A stretch of DNA of 64,000 nucleotides from an uncultured delta proteobacterium. GTDB lineage: Bacteria > Myxococcota_A > Polyangia > Polyangiales > Polyangiaceae. The notes under the pieces are model-generated. The model was given only the letters and a program-made list of their open reading frames with translations, ran no database searches and was not told the origin of the DNA. Positions 31,079-40,861 of this stretch are shown piece after piece. Where the stretch lies: assembly GCA_963841435.1 (NCBI GenBank), contig CAWJCS010000003.1:704001-768000 (forward strand), read 5' to 3'. Both the position numbers and the translations under genes were made by a program. Positions within the stretch are counted from its first letter, which is position 1. Each line of letters starts with the position of its first letter.

Positions 31079-33661
31079 TCAGGGAGGGAGGACGGTGAAC
31101 GTCGCGCGTTGCCGAATGTCGCTGGAGGAGGCGCCGAGCAACACCTCGTAGGAGCCTTCATCGACGACGCTGCGCCTGCTCTGGGTGTCGTAGTGAGCAA
31201 GGTCCGAGACGGAGAGCTCGATGGATACGTGGGTCGTCGCCCCGGGGGCGACGGTCACGCGACGAAACGCTCGTAGTGCCTCGTGCGGGCCGCGCGGTGG
31301 TCGCACGTAGACTTGGGCGACTTCGGAGCCGGCGCGTGGTCCGGTGTTCGCGATGTCGAACTCGATTCCGAGCCTGCCGTCCTCTGCAACCGACAGAGTG
31401 GAGAGCGCCATGTTCTCGTAACGAAAGCTCGTGAACGAGAGGCCGTGCCCGAACGGGAATGCGGGAGCTTTTTCGAGATACATGTACGTACGCCCCTTGC
31501 GTACGTCGTAGTCGTCCATGGGCGGCAGGTCGGCGAGCGACGCGTAGAACGTGATGGGCAATTTGCCCGACGGGTTGGTATCTCCGAACAGAACCTCGGC
31601 AATCGCGGTCCCGGCGTCTTGGCCCGCGTACCATGCTTGCAGGATGGCTGGCGCGCTCCGCTCGCGGGCGCTGAGCACGAGCGGGTTTCCGCTCTGGAGA
31701 ACGAGTACCGTGCGAGGATTGGCTGCGCGCACGGCATCGAAAAGCTTCGACTGATCCTCGGGGAGCGCGAGAGAAGGAAAATCCTTCTCCTCGTCCGCAG
31801 CGAGTGCGTTGACGCCCGCGAAGAAGACGACGGCATCGGCTTCACGAGCCGCCTTGATCGCGTCCCGCGTCCCGTTCTCGACGAACGCGTACGAGAAGTG
31901 GAGCTCTGCGCCGCCCCCGTTCTCGTAGAATTCGAGCACGATGTCGTAGGAGCGACCTGCTTTCAGGGTCGTCACCACGCCCCGAGCCCTGGGAGCGTGA
32001 TCGGTCCAGTCTTCGATGATTGTCTTTTTGTCGAGGGACAAGCGGTAACCGTCGTCGCCGGTGATCGACAGCAGGTGGTGGCCGCTCGCTTTCGGAACGA
32101 GCTTGCCGGTCCAGCGGACGGAGAAGCCGTCTTTAGGCAGGTCGTTCGCCGGAGCACCGTTCCCCCAGGCGAAATCGAGCGTCGCATCGACGCGAGTCAG
32201 CGTGGGCGCGCCGAGGAGGTTCGCGTTCGAAAAGTATTCGCCTCGCAAGCCCGCCTGGCCGTCGCGTGTTCGCAACATGCTCTCCGGCACCGGAATGCTC
32301 GGCAGGCCCTCGCCGCTCGGCAGCAGCGTCCCGGCCGAGAAGGACACGGTCATCGTGTCGCCAGCGCGACTGACGATGCCGTCGTGCGGAGTGACCAGAT
32401 GCTGGTTCGTCCCGTGGTAGCCTTGGCTGCCGTGAAGAAACACGCTCGCTGCCGGGCCGACGACGGCAAGCTTTCTCACCTTTTTTGGGTCGAGTGGCAA
32501 AAGGCCGTCGTTTTTCAGCAGGACCATCGATTCGCGCGCGGCCTCGAGCGCGAGCGCGCGGTGCTCCGTCCCGTCAACCACGGACGCCGGGATCGCGTCG
32601 TACGGGTTTCGGCCAGGCGGATCGAACATGCCCAGTCGAAACCGGGCCGCTAGCACCCGGCCGAGCGCGCGATCGACGTCGGCTTCCGAGAGGGCCCGAC
32701 TCCGTACCGCACCCGAGATTCTCTCGGCGTAGTCCTTGCCGCACTCGAGGTCGCAACCCGCATGAAGCCCCGCGATGACGGCACTCTCTTCCGACGGCTG
32801 AGTGTGATGACCCCATACCATCGCGCCGATCGCGCCGCAGTCCGAGACGACGAAGCCCGAGAACCCCCACTCCTTGCGCAGCACCGTGTCGAGGAGCCAG
32901 CGGTTCGCGCACGACGGAGCTCCGTTCACGCGGTTGTACGCGCACATGATGCTCTGGGCGCCGCCCTCGACGACGGCCGCTCGGAACTGGGGGAGGTAGT
33001 AGTCGCGGATGACCTCTTCCGGCACGTCGGATGATCCGGAGAAGCGTGTCGCCTCGACGTTGTTGAGTGCGTAGTGTTTCGGGGTCGCAACCGCTCTCAG
33101 ATAGAAAGGATCATCGCCCTGGATGCCCTTCACATACGCCACGGCCATCGCCGAAACGAGAAAGGGGTCCTCGCCGTAGCCTTCTTGGGTGCGACCCCAA
33201 CGCGGGTCTCGAGCGATGTTGATGACGGGGGTCCACAGCGTTAGCCCGAAGGCGCCCTGGTTGTAGAGCGCGCGTGCTTCCGTCGAGATCGCCGTGGCCA
33301 CACGGTGCACGAGGTCGGTGTTCCAGGTGCTCGCGAGCCCAATCGCCTGCGGAAACACGCTCACGCCGTCGCGCCAAGCAACGCCGTGGAGCGCCTCGTT
33401 CCACGCATCGTACTTGGGGATACCGAGGCGCTCGATGGCGGGGGCCTTGTCGCCGAGAAGCGAGGCCTTCTCGGCGAGCGTGAGCCTGCCGAGGAGGTCC
33501 CGGACGCGCTGGTCAAGGGGGCGGTCTGGATCCCGGTAGACCGGGGGACCCGGCGAGGTGAACGTCTGGCTCCCGGAGATCGGTGCGGGTGGTGGTGGCC
33601 GAGTGCACGCGCCGACCATGACGAGCGAAAGGAGCAGAGCGGGAAAGGACGTCGAACGCAT
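31079..33661 (-). CDS. GH3 beta-xylosidase/glucosidase with PA14 and Fn3-like domains
   Basis: WNEALHG, WGRTQEGYGEDP, PKHY, MCAYN, FVVSDCGA (nucleophile Asp), PA14 FSVRWTG..DDG, FGHGLSFT. Confidence 0.93.
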   Translation of the reverse strand: MRSTSFPALLLSLVMVGACTRPPPPAPISGSQTFTSPGPPVYRDPDRPLDQRVRDLLGRLTLAEKASLLGDKAPAIERLGIPKYDAWNEALHGVAWRDGVSVFPQAIGLASTWNTDLVHRVATAISTEARALYNQGAFGLTLWTPVINIARDPRWGRTQEGYGEDPFLVSAMAVAYVKGIQGDDPFYLRAVATPKHYALNNVEATRFSGSSDVPEEVIRDYYLPQFRAAVVEGGAQSIMCAYNRVNGAPSCANRWLLDTVLRKEWGFSGFVVSDCGAIGAMVWGHHTQPSEESAVIAGLHAGCDLECGKDYAERISGAVRSRALSEADVDRALGRVLAARFRLGMFDPPGRNPYDAIPASVVDGTEHRALALEAARESMVLLKNDGLLPLDPKKVRKLAVVGPAASVFLHGSQGYHGTNQHLVTPHDGIVSRAGDTMTVSFSAGTLLPSGEGLPSIPVPESMLRTRDGQAGLRGEYFSNANLLGAPTLTRVDATLDFAWGNGAPANDLPKDGFSVRWTGKLVPKASGHHLLSITGDDGYRLSLDKKTIIEDWTDHAPRARGVVTTLKAGRSYDIVLEFYENGGGAELHFSYAFVENGTRDAIKAAREADAVVFFAGVNALAADEEKDFPSLALPEDQSKLFDAVRAANPRTVLVLQSGNPLVLSARERSAPAILQAWYAGQDAGTAIAEVLFGDTNPSGKLPITFYASLADLPPMDDYDVRKGRTYMYLEKAPAFPFGHGLSFTSFRYENMALSTLSVAEDGRLGIEFDIANTGPRAGSEVAQVYVRPPRGPHEALRAFRRVTVAPGATTHVSIELSVSDLAHYDTQSRRSVVDEGSYEVLLGASSSDIRQRATFTVLPP

Positions 33662-33828
33662 CGTGGCTTAGGAAGCCCCTTACCGATCCGCACCCGGCGG
33701 AGGCGTGGCCGCAAGGACTATCTTGAGCGTGAGCACTCCTGGCTGCCACGGCAGCTCGTTGTAGCCGAGGCCTGCACGGCCTCGAACCCGGGGTGGCCCG
33801 ATAAAGCGTGACGAGCGGCCGGCCGCGC

Positions 33829-34536
33829 TCAGTTGAACGTCCCGGAAAAGCCCACCAGCGGCACGATCAGTGAGTAGCTCATTCCCGAGCCAAATTGGCT
33901 CGAGCTGGCGCCGGTCGTCACGTAGGCGACGCGACCCGTGACGCCCAGGCTCCACTGCTTCGCGATCCAGAAGTCGTACCCGCCGGCGAGCATGAACGCT
34001 CCGCCCGTGAAACGGCGCTCCTCCTGGATGGTCCGCAGGTTGCGTGCGATGCAGTCCGGAGCGATTGCCGGGCACTCATAGGGGTTCGCTGGGTCTCGCT
34101 GCTCGAAGCGCACCATCTCGAGCGCAAGCCCGGCGAAAGCAATCAAATGCAAGCCGGACGCGGGCCGAGGATAGAATTGCGCAAACACCCCGAGGGAGCC
34201 GGTCCCTCCGCTGACCTTGTCCCAACCCTTGGTCACGGCGGCGTTGTCGTACCTCGGGCTCGGTTGCGCGAACACCATCAGTCCGCCACCGAGAGCCAAA
34301 CCGGGACGCAGCGAGCCACCCAGCATGAGCTCGAGGCCTGCGTTCACGCTGGTCGCGTGTCCTCGATGACGGACACCAGTGTACAGATCGGCGTCGTAGT
34401 TGTGGAACGCCGGCCCCAGCAGCGCGCCCATTTTCAAGAACAAGTGGTCGTGTCGGTAAGGCGCACCGGCAGCGAACAGCGGGCGCGTCTGCACCAAGAG
34501 CGCGACGACGACGACGAAAGCCACCAGCGAACGCAC
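33829..34536 (-). CDS. Outer-membrane beta-barrel domain protein
   Basis: Signal peptide; GYDFWIAKQWSLG; terminal FSGTFN. Confidence 0.7.
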   Translation of the reverse strand: MRSLVAFVVVVALLVQTRPLFAAGAPYRHDHLFLKMGALLGPAFHNYDADLYTGVRHRGHATSVNAGLELMLGGSLRPGLALGGGLMVFAQPSPRYDNAAVTKGWDKVSGGTGSLGVFAQFYPRPASGLHLIAFAGLALEMVRFEQRDPANPYECPAIAPDCIARNLRTIQEERRFTGGAFMLAGGYDFWIAKQWSLGVTGRVAYVTTGASSSQFGSGMSYSLIVPLVGFSGTFN

Positions 34537-34539
34537 GGC

Positions 34540-35035
34540 TCAGGGAGGGGGGCAGGGGGCCGTCCAGGGGCACGAGCGGCAGATCGATCGTTCCGGCGGT
34601 CGCATCGAGCAGCGTGAGCACGCCGGCCATGATTGTGTAGTCGAATGCCAGCGGCGACCCGCCCACGGAATCGAGCTTCAACTGCGTCGAGGTCATCGTG
34701 CCGGTGGTGTGCACGCCTTCGGCAATACTGCAGAAATTCGTCACGCGGCAGCCGCTCCCGACCACCATGTAGAGGTTGTCGTCCCCGAGCGTCCAGGAGC
34801 CAACGACGGCGTCGCCGCAGCCGGCACCACCACCACCCGCGCCACTGCCACCACCCGCGCCACTGCCACCACCCGCGCCACTGCCACCACCCGCGCCACT
34901 GCCGCCACCCGCGCCACTGCCACCACCCGCGCCACTGCCGCCACCCGCGCCACTGCCGCCGACGCCAGCGTTATCATCACTGCCGCACGCTGCGATCAAG
35001 CAAACGGTCGCGACAACGGCCAGGCCGTGCAAGGC
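34540..35035 (-). pseudogene. Lipoprotein with (SGAGGG)7 linker, 5' end cut off by IS66
   Basis: LAVVATVCLIAAC lipobox next to the IS target site; likely original start at 36589 beyond the IS; likely stop at 34540 needs a 1-nt change in a G-run. Confidence 0.6.
34830..34955. repeat. 18-bp coding tandem repeat, 7 copies (CCRCCACCCGCGCCACTG)
   Basis: Read directly; encodes SGAGGG x7 on the - strand. Confidence 0.9.
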
Positions 35036-35043
35036 GGCCCCGC

Positions 35044-36558
35044 GTACCCGTTCACCGGGTCCGCGGGAGTCAGCTGAGGAGTTGAGGGGCAGGCTGGTTG
35101 CGTAGCATGGCAGTGCAGGCGTCGGTGAGGAACGAGAGGACGTGACGCTTCTGTTTTCGGAGGGTGTGGACGGTGGTCATGACGCGCTCGGCGAAGCGCT
35201 CGCCGCGGTCGCTCTGGGATCCGAAGCAGCGTTTTCGCCACAGGACGAAAGCCCTGAGCTCGCGCTCGGCGTGGTTGTTGGTTGGCTCGACGCCGGGCAC
35301 GTGGACGAAGGTCCAAAGTGCTGCGCGGTGCTCGAGGATGTCGGAAAGGCTCCCGCTGACGCCGCGCACGCCAAGGGAAGCCCCGCGCGCGAGCAGATCT
35401 TCGACATGCGGCTGGAGCGCCGCCATCTTGCGCTGGAAGTCGGGGCGGCTGAGGGTCCCGTCGCGGATGCGATGCCACTCGTGAAAAAGGACCTGGGTCA
35501 GAAGCACGAGGCCGGTGCCGATCTCGGCGACCGGCCCTTGGGAGTTTTCGGAGAACTCGACGAATTTTCGATGCAGGTGCGCCCAGCAGATCTGCCGCCG
35601 CCCCATGGCCCAGAATCCGAACTGGGTGCCGCGGTCGCTGACCAGGATCCCGCGTGCTCCGCGCAGGAAGCGCTTGATCGTGTCGAGCGTCGCGTCCTTG
35701 CTGATCGAGAACACCGTCGAGAGCTCGGTCGCGATGGTCCAGAGCGCTCGGTACTTGCCCGCACGGCGCCAGGTTGTGCCGTCCACGTGCTTGACGGGCT
35801 GGCTGACAGCGTGAGCGTGAGCGTGCTGCACGGGTTTTTCCAGGGCGCGACTCACGCGTCCTTCGAGCTCGCTCAGTGCCCCGAGCGAGATGCAGACGCC
35901 GAGCATGTCGCCGAGGAGGCTGCGTGCTTGCCGGCGGCTCAAGTGAAAGAAGCCGGTCAGGAGCGCCACGAACGCCATCAGCCGAGGGCCGCACATCCCC
36001 GCCGGCACGCCCAGCGGCAGCGTCGCGCGGCTTGCCCGCCCACAGCGTCCGCAGCAAACGGCGTGCAGCCGATGCTCGGTCACGTCGGGCTCGATCGCTG
36101 GCAACTCGAGAACCTGGTGGATCAGCGGATTCTCGTCCTCTCGACGAGGCAGCTTGTTGCCGCATCCCAGACACGCTGGCGGGAAGTGCTCTTCGGTCCG
36201 CGTCACCTTCTCCGGCGGCAAGAGCGCTCGCATCCGGGCCTTGTGTCCGGGCTGCCCGCCGGGCTTGCGCCCCGTCGGAGGCTTCTTCGCCCGCTCGTCC
36301 CGCTGAGCCGGGGTGTCCGCCGACGGTGGCTGGCTCGAGTTGCGCGACGAGCGCCCCATCAGCAACTCGAGATGAGCAATTCGCTTCCGAAGCTCGGCGT
36401 TTTCCGCTCGAAGCTCGCCGATCAGCTCGTCGCGCTCGTCCTGCGCCACGAACCGATTGGTGCCCTGAATCGCTGCCGATGGAAAGCCTCACGTGATCAT
36501 GGAAGAAAATCGATCACTTACCCGACCCTCACACCGCACGACCCCGGTGAACGGGTAC
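35044..36558 (-). mobile_element. IS66-family insertion sequence, single-ORF (ISBst12-like), 1515 bp
   Basis: Perfect 16-bp TIRs GTACCCGTTCACCGGG (35044-35059 and 36543-36558); 8-bp TSD GGCCCCGC (35036-35043 and 36559-36566). Confidence 0.93.
35070..36449 (-). CDS. tnpC: IS66 transposase
   Basis: SSRNSSQPPSAD, KPGGQPGH, CxxC pairs, HVDGT, LVSDR, QICWAHL, EPTNNHAERELR. Confidence 0.93.
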   Translation of the reverse strand: MAQDERDELIGELRAENAELRKRIAHLELLMGRSSRNSSQPPSADTPAQRDERAKKPPTGRKPGGQPGHKARMRALLPPEKVTRTEEHFPPACLGCGNKLPRREDENPLIHQVLELPAIEPDVTEHRLHAVCCGRCGRASRATLPLGVPAGMCGPRLMAFVALLTGFFHLSRRQARSLLGDMLGVCISLGALSELEGRVSRALEKPVQHAHAHAVSQPVKHVDGTTWRRAGKYRALWTIATELSTVFSISKDATLDTIKRFLRGARGILVSDRGTQFGFWAMGRRQICWAHLHRKFVEFSENSQGPVAEIGTGLVLLTQVLFHEWHRIRDGTLSRPDFQRKMAALQPHVEDLLARGASLGVRGVSGSLSDILEHRAALWTFVHVPGVEPTNNHAERELRAFVLWRKRCFGSQSDRGERFAERVMTTVHTLRKQKRHVLSFLTDACTAMLRNQPAPQLLS

Positions 36559-36766
36559 GGCCCCGCCGCTGCCCTTGCACCGCTTTCATGCGGGGTACGC
36601 TAGCAGAGTGCGCTTCGGGGATGGTGAAGGTCGGATCGCACTCGCGGCCTCGACGTGAGTGACGGGCGTTCGAGATCCCCGCTAGGTTATTTCCCTGGTG
36701 CCGTCGAATTCGCGGTCTCGACGCCCTGACGGGCGCGCCCCGCCGCGCTCTGTCTCACCCGCCCGC

Positions 36767-37774
36767 TCACGCCACGGGCTCGACGCACAGGTTGAGCCGC
36801 GGTCCGCAGCTCCCGGGCGGGCACTTCTCGCCGGTACAGGTGTGAAGGCACGCGCCGCAGTCGCAGTCTTCGTCGGTGGCGCACGGCTTCGGCACGCAGC
36901 CACGACCGCCGGTCGCGTCGTCACACACGAAGTTGATCGGACAGGCGGCGTCCCCGCCCTCCCGGCAATGCACGGCGGAGCACGAGCCGCTCTGGGTGTC
37001 GCAAGAGTAGCCGGCGTCGCAGTCGTAGCCCTCGTTGCAGTTCCGCGGCGCGCAACCGTGCGCGTCCGCCCCCGCGCGATCCGGCGCGCAGACGTAGAGC
37101 TCGTCGCAGGTGAAGCCGTCCATGCAAGGGACCGGCTCGCAGAGCCCGTTGCTACAGCGCTCGCCGTCACCGCAGGAATCCGCGGTGCACTCGGGGATGC
37201 AGCTCGTCTCTAGACCGTCCTCACAGGGCTTTCGCACCGTGGCCTCCACACAGCGCTTGCCGTCACCGCAGTCCTGGTCCGACTCGCACAGGCGCTGCGC
37301 GGGTAGCTGGGCACCGCAGCCGACCCCGTACTCCGGCGCGCAAGTAGCACCGTTCCTGCAATCGTCTTGTGAGCGGCAGGTCGTCCCCGGCACGTCGGCT
37401 CGCGGCGCGACGCCGGGGCAGGCGGGGCCGTCGCCTGGGGTGCCCGCGTTGCCTCCCGTGCCCGTTCCACCTTCTCCAGCGGCGCCGCCGGTCGTGGGGC
37501 TTCCGGCGCTGCCGCCGCTCGCCGACGCGCCGCCGCTGTCGAAGGTTCCGCCCGTGCTCCCGGCACCGCCACCGGTGCCGCTTGCTGCGCCGCTGCCGCC
37601 AATGCTTCCACCCCCACCTCCTTTATTGCCTGCGCTGCCGCCGTTCGTGCCACCCGTCGCGCTGCTACCGCCGGTGCCGCCGCTGCTATCCGACGTGGGT
37701 CCGTTGCTTTCACCGCAGCCGACGAGCGCAACCACCAGGAGCCAAGGAAGAAATGGCCAGATCGGGACGCGCAT
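36767..37774 (-). CDS. Cys-rich lipoprotein with Gly tether
   Basis: Lipobox LVGC; repeated C-x2-D-x-DC modules. Confidence 0.75.
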   Translation of the reverse strand: MRVPIWPFLPWLLVVALVGCGESNGPTSDSSGGTGGSSATGGTNGGSAGNKGGGGGSIGGSGAASGTGGGAGSTGGTFDSGGASASGGSAGSPTTGGAAGEGGTGTGGNAGTPGDGPACPGVAPRADVPGTTCRSQDDCRNGATCAPEYGVGCGAQLPAQRLCESDQDCGDGKRCVEATVRKPCEDGLETSCIPECTADSCGDGERCSNGLCEPVPCMDGFTCDELYVCAPDRAGADAHGCAPRNCNEGYDCDAGYSCDTQSGSCSAVHCREGGDAACPINFVCDDATGGRGCVPKPCATDEDCDCGACLHTCTGEKCPPGSCGPRLNLCVEPVA

Positions 37775-37831
37775 CCGACGAAGTGAAGCAAGCCGCATGC
37801 CGGCCGGGGACCCCTTCTTGGCCCGTCCCGG

Positions 37832-37846
37832 GCGCCCGGCGTGCCA
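37832..37846 (-). promoter_or_regulatory. Candidate sigma-54 -24/-12 promoter
   Basis: TGGCACGCCGGGCGC has GG-N10-GC spacing about 60 bp upstream of the 37774 start but lacks the TT before -12; overlaps palindrome GTGCCAC-GAA-GTGGCAC (37841-37857). Confidence 0.3.
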
Positions 37847-37924
37847 CGAAGTGGCACACCGGGCGACGTTCGGATCACGCGGGAAGTTTGTGCGCTGGGT
37901 CTGCACGCGCCCCGCACGCGGTGT

Positions 37925-38965
37925 TCACGGAGCCTGGGCCGGAGACTTTGGGACGCGCATGAGCGTTCCCTCGAACACCGAGAGCAGCGGGCCGGCATCG
38001 ACCCAGTAGACGAAATCCCGAGCGAGCGCGATGCCGAACGACTGCGCGACGCCCGCGACCATCAGCGTGGGCTCGCCGCCGGCGAGTGGAAGATGGGAGA
38101 GCGCCCCGTTCGGCTCGAAGGCGGTCGTCGTGGTGGCGAAGAAGATGCCCGAAGCATCCACGGCGAGCTCGTCGACTCCGATCCCCTCGAGCAGCGCGGT
38201 CGGAGTGCCGCCGCTCGTCGGCATCGTCCAGAGCGCTTGCGTGTCGGCGCTGTCGCCGGTCACCCAATAGAGGCTCCCGTCCAACACCGTCACGGAGCGA
38301 GGCGACGCGAGGTCGTCCGCCAGCGTCACGACCTCGTCCCCCGCAGGGCTCGCACTCTGCAAGCGACCGGTGCCGGGGGTTTCCGGGTCTCCCGCCTCGC
38401 TGAAATAGGCCCCTCGCCCGTCGGCAGCAATCGACGTGATCTCGCTCGAGCCCGTGTAAAGGACGGTGGGCTCCGCGCCGTCGAGCTTCATGACCCACAC
38501 GCTGTCGGGATACCCCGGCGAATTGACCCAGTAGACGTTACCGCCGGCCACCGCCAACGCTTGTGGATAGCTCAACCCCGAAACCAGTTCCTCTGGCGTT
38601 TCGCCATCGCTCGGCGTGCGCCGGATCGTCCCCTCGGTGAAGTTCGTCCAGTAAAGGTAGTCAGCGTCGAGCGCGAGGCTCGTCGGCAGGCCCTGTCCCA
38701 TTGCCACGCTCTCGACCGAGCCGCCCCCGAGCGGCACCGCGAGAACGTCGTTCTGGTCCAGAAAGTAGGCGCGGACATCGTCCACGACAATCGCCACCGG
38801 GAAGCTGAGTCCTTCGACCAGCGTCTGTGGCTCGCAGGTTTCGGGCGTGCACGGATCGAGCGCTGCGGGCGGGCTACGTTTGCCGACCGCTTCGTCGCTT
38901 CCGCAACCACCGAGGGCGAGAGTCAACGCGAGCGGTACGGCACGCGAAGCCCAGGTCATTTTCAT
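37925..38965 (-). CDS. Beta-propeller lipoprotein (YW-repeat type)
   Basis: Lipobox LGGC; repeated IAVD...LYWTN...GTI..P..GG blades. Confidence 0.8.
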   Translation of the reverse strand: MKMTWASRAVPLALTLALGGCGSDEAVGKRSPPAALDPCTPETCEPQTLVEGLSFPVAIVVDDVRAYFLDQNDVLAVPLGGGSVESVAMGQGLPTSLALDADYLYWTNFTEGTIRRTPSDGETPEELVSGLSYPQALAVAGGNVYWVNSPGYPDSVWVMKLDGAEPTVLYTGSSEITSIAADGRGAYFSEAGDPETPGTGRLQSASPAGDEVVTLADDLASPRSVTVLDGSLYWVTGDSADTQALWTMPTSGGTPTALLEGIGVDELAVDASGIFFATTTTAFEPNGALSHLPLAGGEPTLMVAGVAQSFGIALARDFVYWVDAGPLLSVFEGTLMRVPKSPAQAP

Positions 38966-38983
38966 GCCGGCAGGGTACACCCC

Positions 38984-39040
38984 AAACGTCGTCTTGCCTG
39001 CGCCGTTCGGTCCAGCCAGGATCAAGGACTGCTTGTTCAT
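38984..39040 (-). pseudogene. Zeta-toxin/P-loop kinase N-terminal relic
   Basis: MNKQSLILAGPNGAGKTTF (Walker A) with nothing of the domain beyond it. Confidence 0.55.
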
Positions 39041-39102
39041 CTCGTAACACTCTATCTGGAGTCTGCTGGCAGCCCTGCGGGCCGCCGCCTCGAAAGGCTG
39101 AA

Positions 39103-39893
39103 GTGAGCTCGAACACGGAATTCGTGAACATCCCAGGTGCACGGCTCTGGACGGAGTTGGGCGGTGACGGACAACCCTTGATCCTGGTGCACGGCTTCAC
39201 GCTCGACCATCGCATGTGGGACCCAGAGATCGCTGCGCTGCGGGCCAAGTACCGCGTGCTCCGCTACGACGAGCGCGGCTTCGGGCAGTCGTCGCTGCCG
39301 TCCGACGAGCCCTACGCGGACGATCCGCGGCGTTGATGCGGCACTTCGACCTGAAGAGCGCGCACATCGTGGCCTTCGCGCCATGCACCGCTCGAGCTGG
39401 CTACGGCTCGCCGCAGCTGGTTCTCGCTCACGCTGGCTGATCGACTCGGAGGGGTCGCCTTTCCGCCCGAGGTGCGGGAGATGTTCGCTAGCATCAAATC
39501 GACTGCCCGCGGCCCCGCTGGCGTAGCTGAAGCCAAGCAGATCTGGCGCTCCGGCGGCTGGTTCGCGCCGGCACTACAAACGCGGACGTCGCGCGAGCCC
39601 TCGACGCTCAACTGGCGAGCTACAGCGGCTGGCACTGGCAACATGCCGATCCGACGCGCCCGCTGTCGCCCCCCGTCCACGAGCGCCTGGCAGAGCTAAA
39701 GGTGCCGACACTGGTGCTCGTGGGTGAGCGCGATCTGCCTTACAACCATCGCATCGCCGAGCGGCTCGCGACCGAGATCTCAGGGGCCAAGCTGCAGGTG
39801 CTGCAGGGTGTCGGTCACCTCTCCAACATGGAAGCCCCCGCGGCCTTCAACCACGCCGTGCTGAGCTTTCTAGCCGAGGTGCCGGAGAACTAG
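39103..39893 (+). pseudogene. Alpha/beta hydrolase with multiple frameshifts
   Basis: LILVHGFTLDHRMW, YDERGFGQS, PTLVLVGERD, GVGHLSNME spread over several frames; nucleophile elbow not recoverable. Confidence 0.8.
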
Positions 39894-39997
39894 GCGGGAC
39901 GCTCTGGTGCATTTCAACCTGGTCCCGTAGCGCGCAACGGGGAGGGCGAAGCGTCGGGTGCGGTTGACGCCGCGCCCCCCGTGAGCGACGACGGTGC

Positions 39998-40861
39998 ATG
40001 GCGGCGTTTTCCGACTACGAGCGTCGCGCCTTGCAGGAGATCGAGCTCTGGAAGGCACAGCGGCGGGGGGCCCTGTCGCAGATCGTCCAGTACGTGTCGC
40101 ACCGGGCTCCCGCAAGGTGGGTCGCCGAGCACGTTCCCGCCGTCCCCGAGCGCATCACGCGCCCCATGCTCAGGGCCGTGCAGGGGTTTCTCGAGCTGCT
40201 CAAGGACGGGGCCTACTGGACGTACTCGGACGAATCCATCGTCCGCGCCGCCCGCCGCGAGGGTCTGGACGTGGACCGCATCGCGTCCCTTGCGAGCCAG
40301 GAGCTGGAGGTCCTCGACCGCGTGGCTCGTGGGTTTTTCGCTCAGAACAAGATCGCCTCGGCGCTCGAGGGCGCCGGGGCCGGGCTCGGCGGGCTGGCCC
40401 TGATTGCGGCCGACGTGCCGGCGGTCTTCATGGTCGCTTTCCGCGCCATCCAGCAGATCGGCGCATCCTACGGGTTTGACATGAAGGATCCGAACGCGAC
40501 GCCGCTAGTGATGAGCGTGCTCGGTTTCGCGTCCGGCGCCGAGGAGTTCGCCAAGGTCTACTCGTTGGCCGATCTGCACCTCGCCGCGCGCATGTACGCC
40601 AAGGGCTGGACCTTCGACGAGGTCGCCGAGCGCACCGCGACGGGTGGCGCCGCCTTTGCGCTGCGACAAGCAGCCCGCAAGATGCCCCAGGAGATCGCCA
40701 AGAACGTGACGAAGAAGAAGCTCGCGCAGCTGATCCCGCTCGTCGGCGCGGCCGTCGGCGCCGGCTTCAACTACTGGTTCATCGCCAACACGAGCCGCAC
40801 GGCGTACATGCTCTTTCGCGAAATGCACTTGGCGCAGAAGCACCCGGCTCCGGCGACCTGA
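39998..40861 (+). CDS. EcsC family protein
   Basis: EGAGAGLGG..ADVP, RAIQQIGASYGFD, KKLAQLIPLVGAAVGAGFNYW. Confidence 0.85.
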   Translation: MAAFSDYERRALQEIELWKAQRRGALSQIVQYVSHRAPARWVAEHVPAVPERITRPMLRAVQGFLELLKDGAYWTYSDESIVRAARREGLDVDRIASLASQELEVLDRVARGFFAQNKIASALEGAGAGLGGLALIAADVPAVFMVAFRAIQQIGASYGFDMKDPNATPLVMSVLGFASGAEEFAKVYSLADLHLAARMYAKGWTFDEVAERTATGGAAFALRQAARKMPQEIAKNVTKKKLAQLIPLVGAAVGAGFNYWFIANTSRTAYMLFREMHLAQKHPAPAT

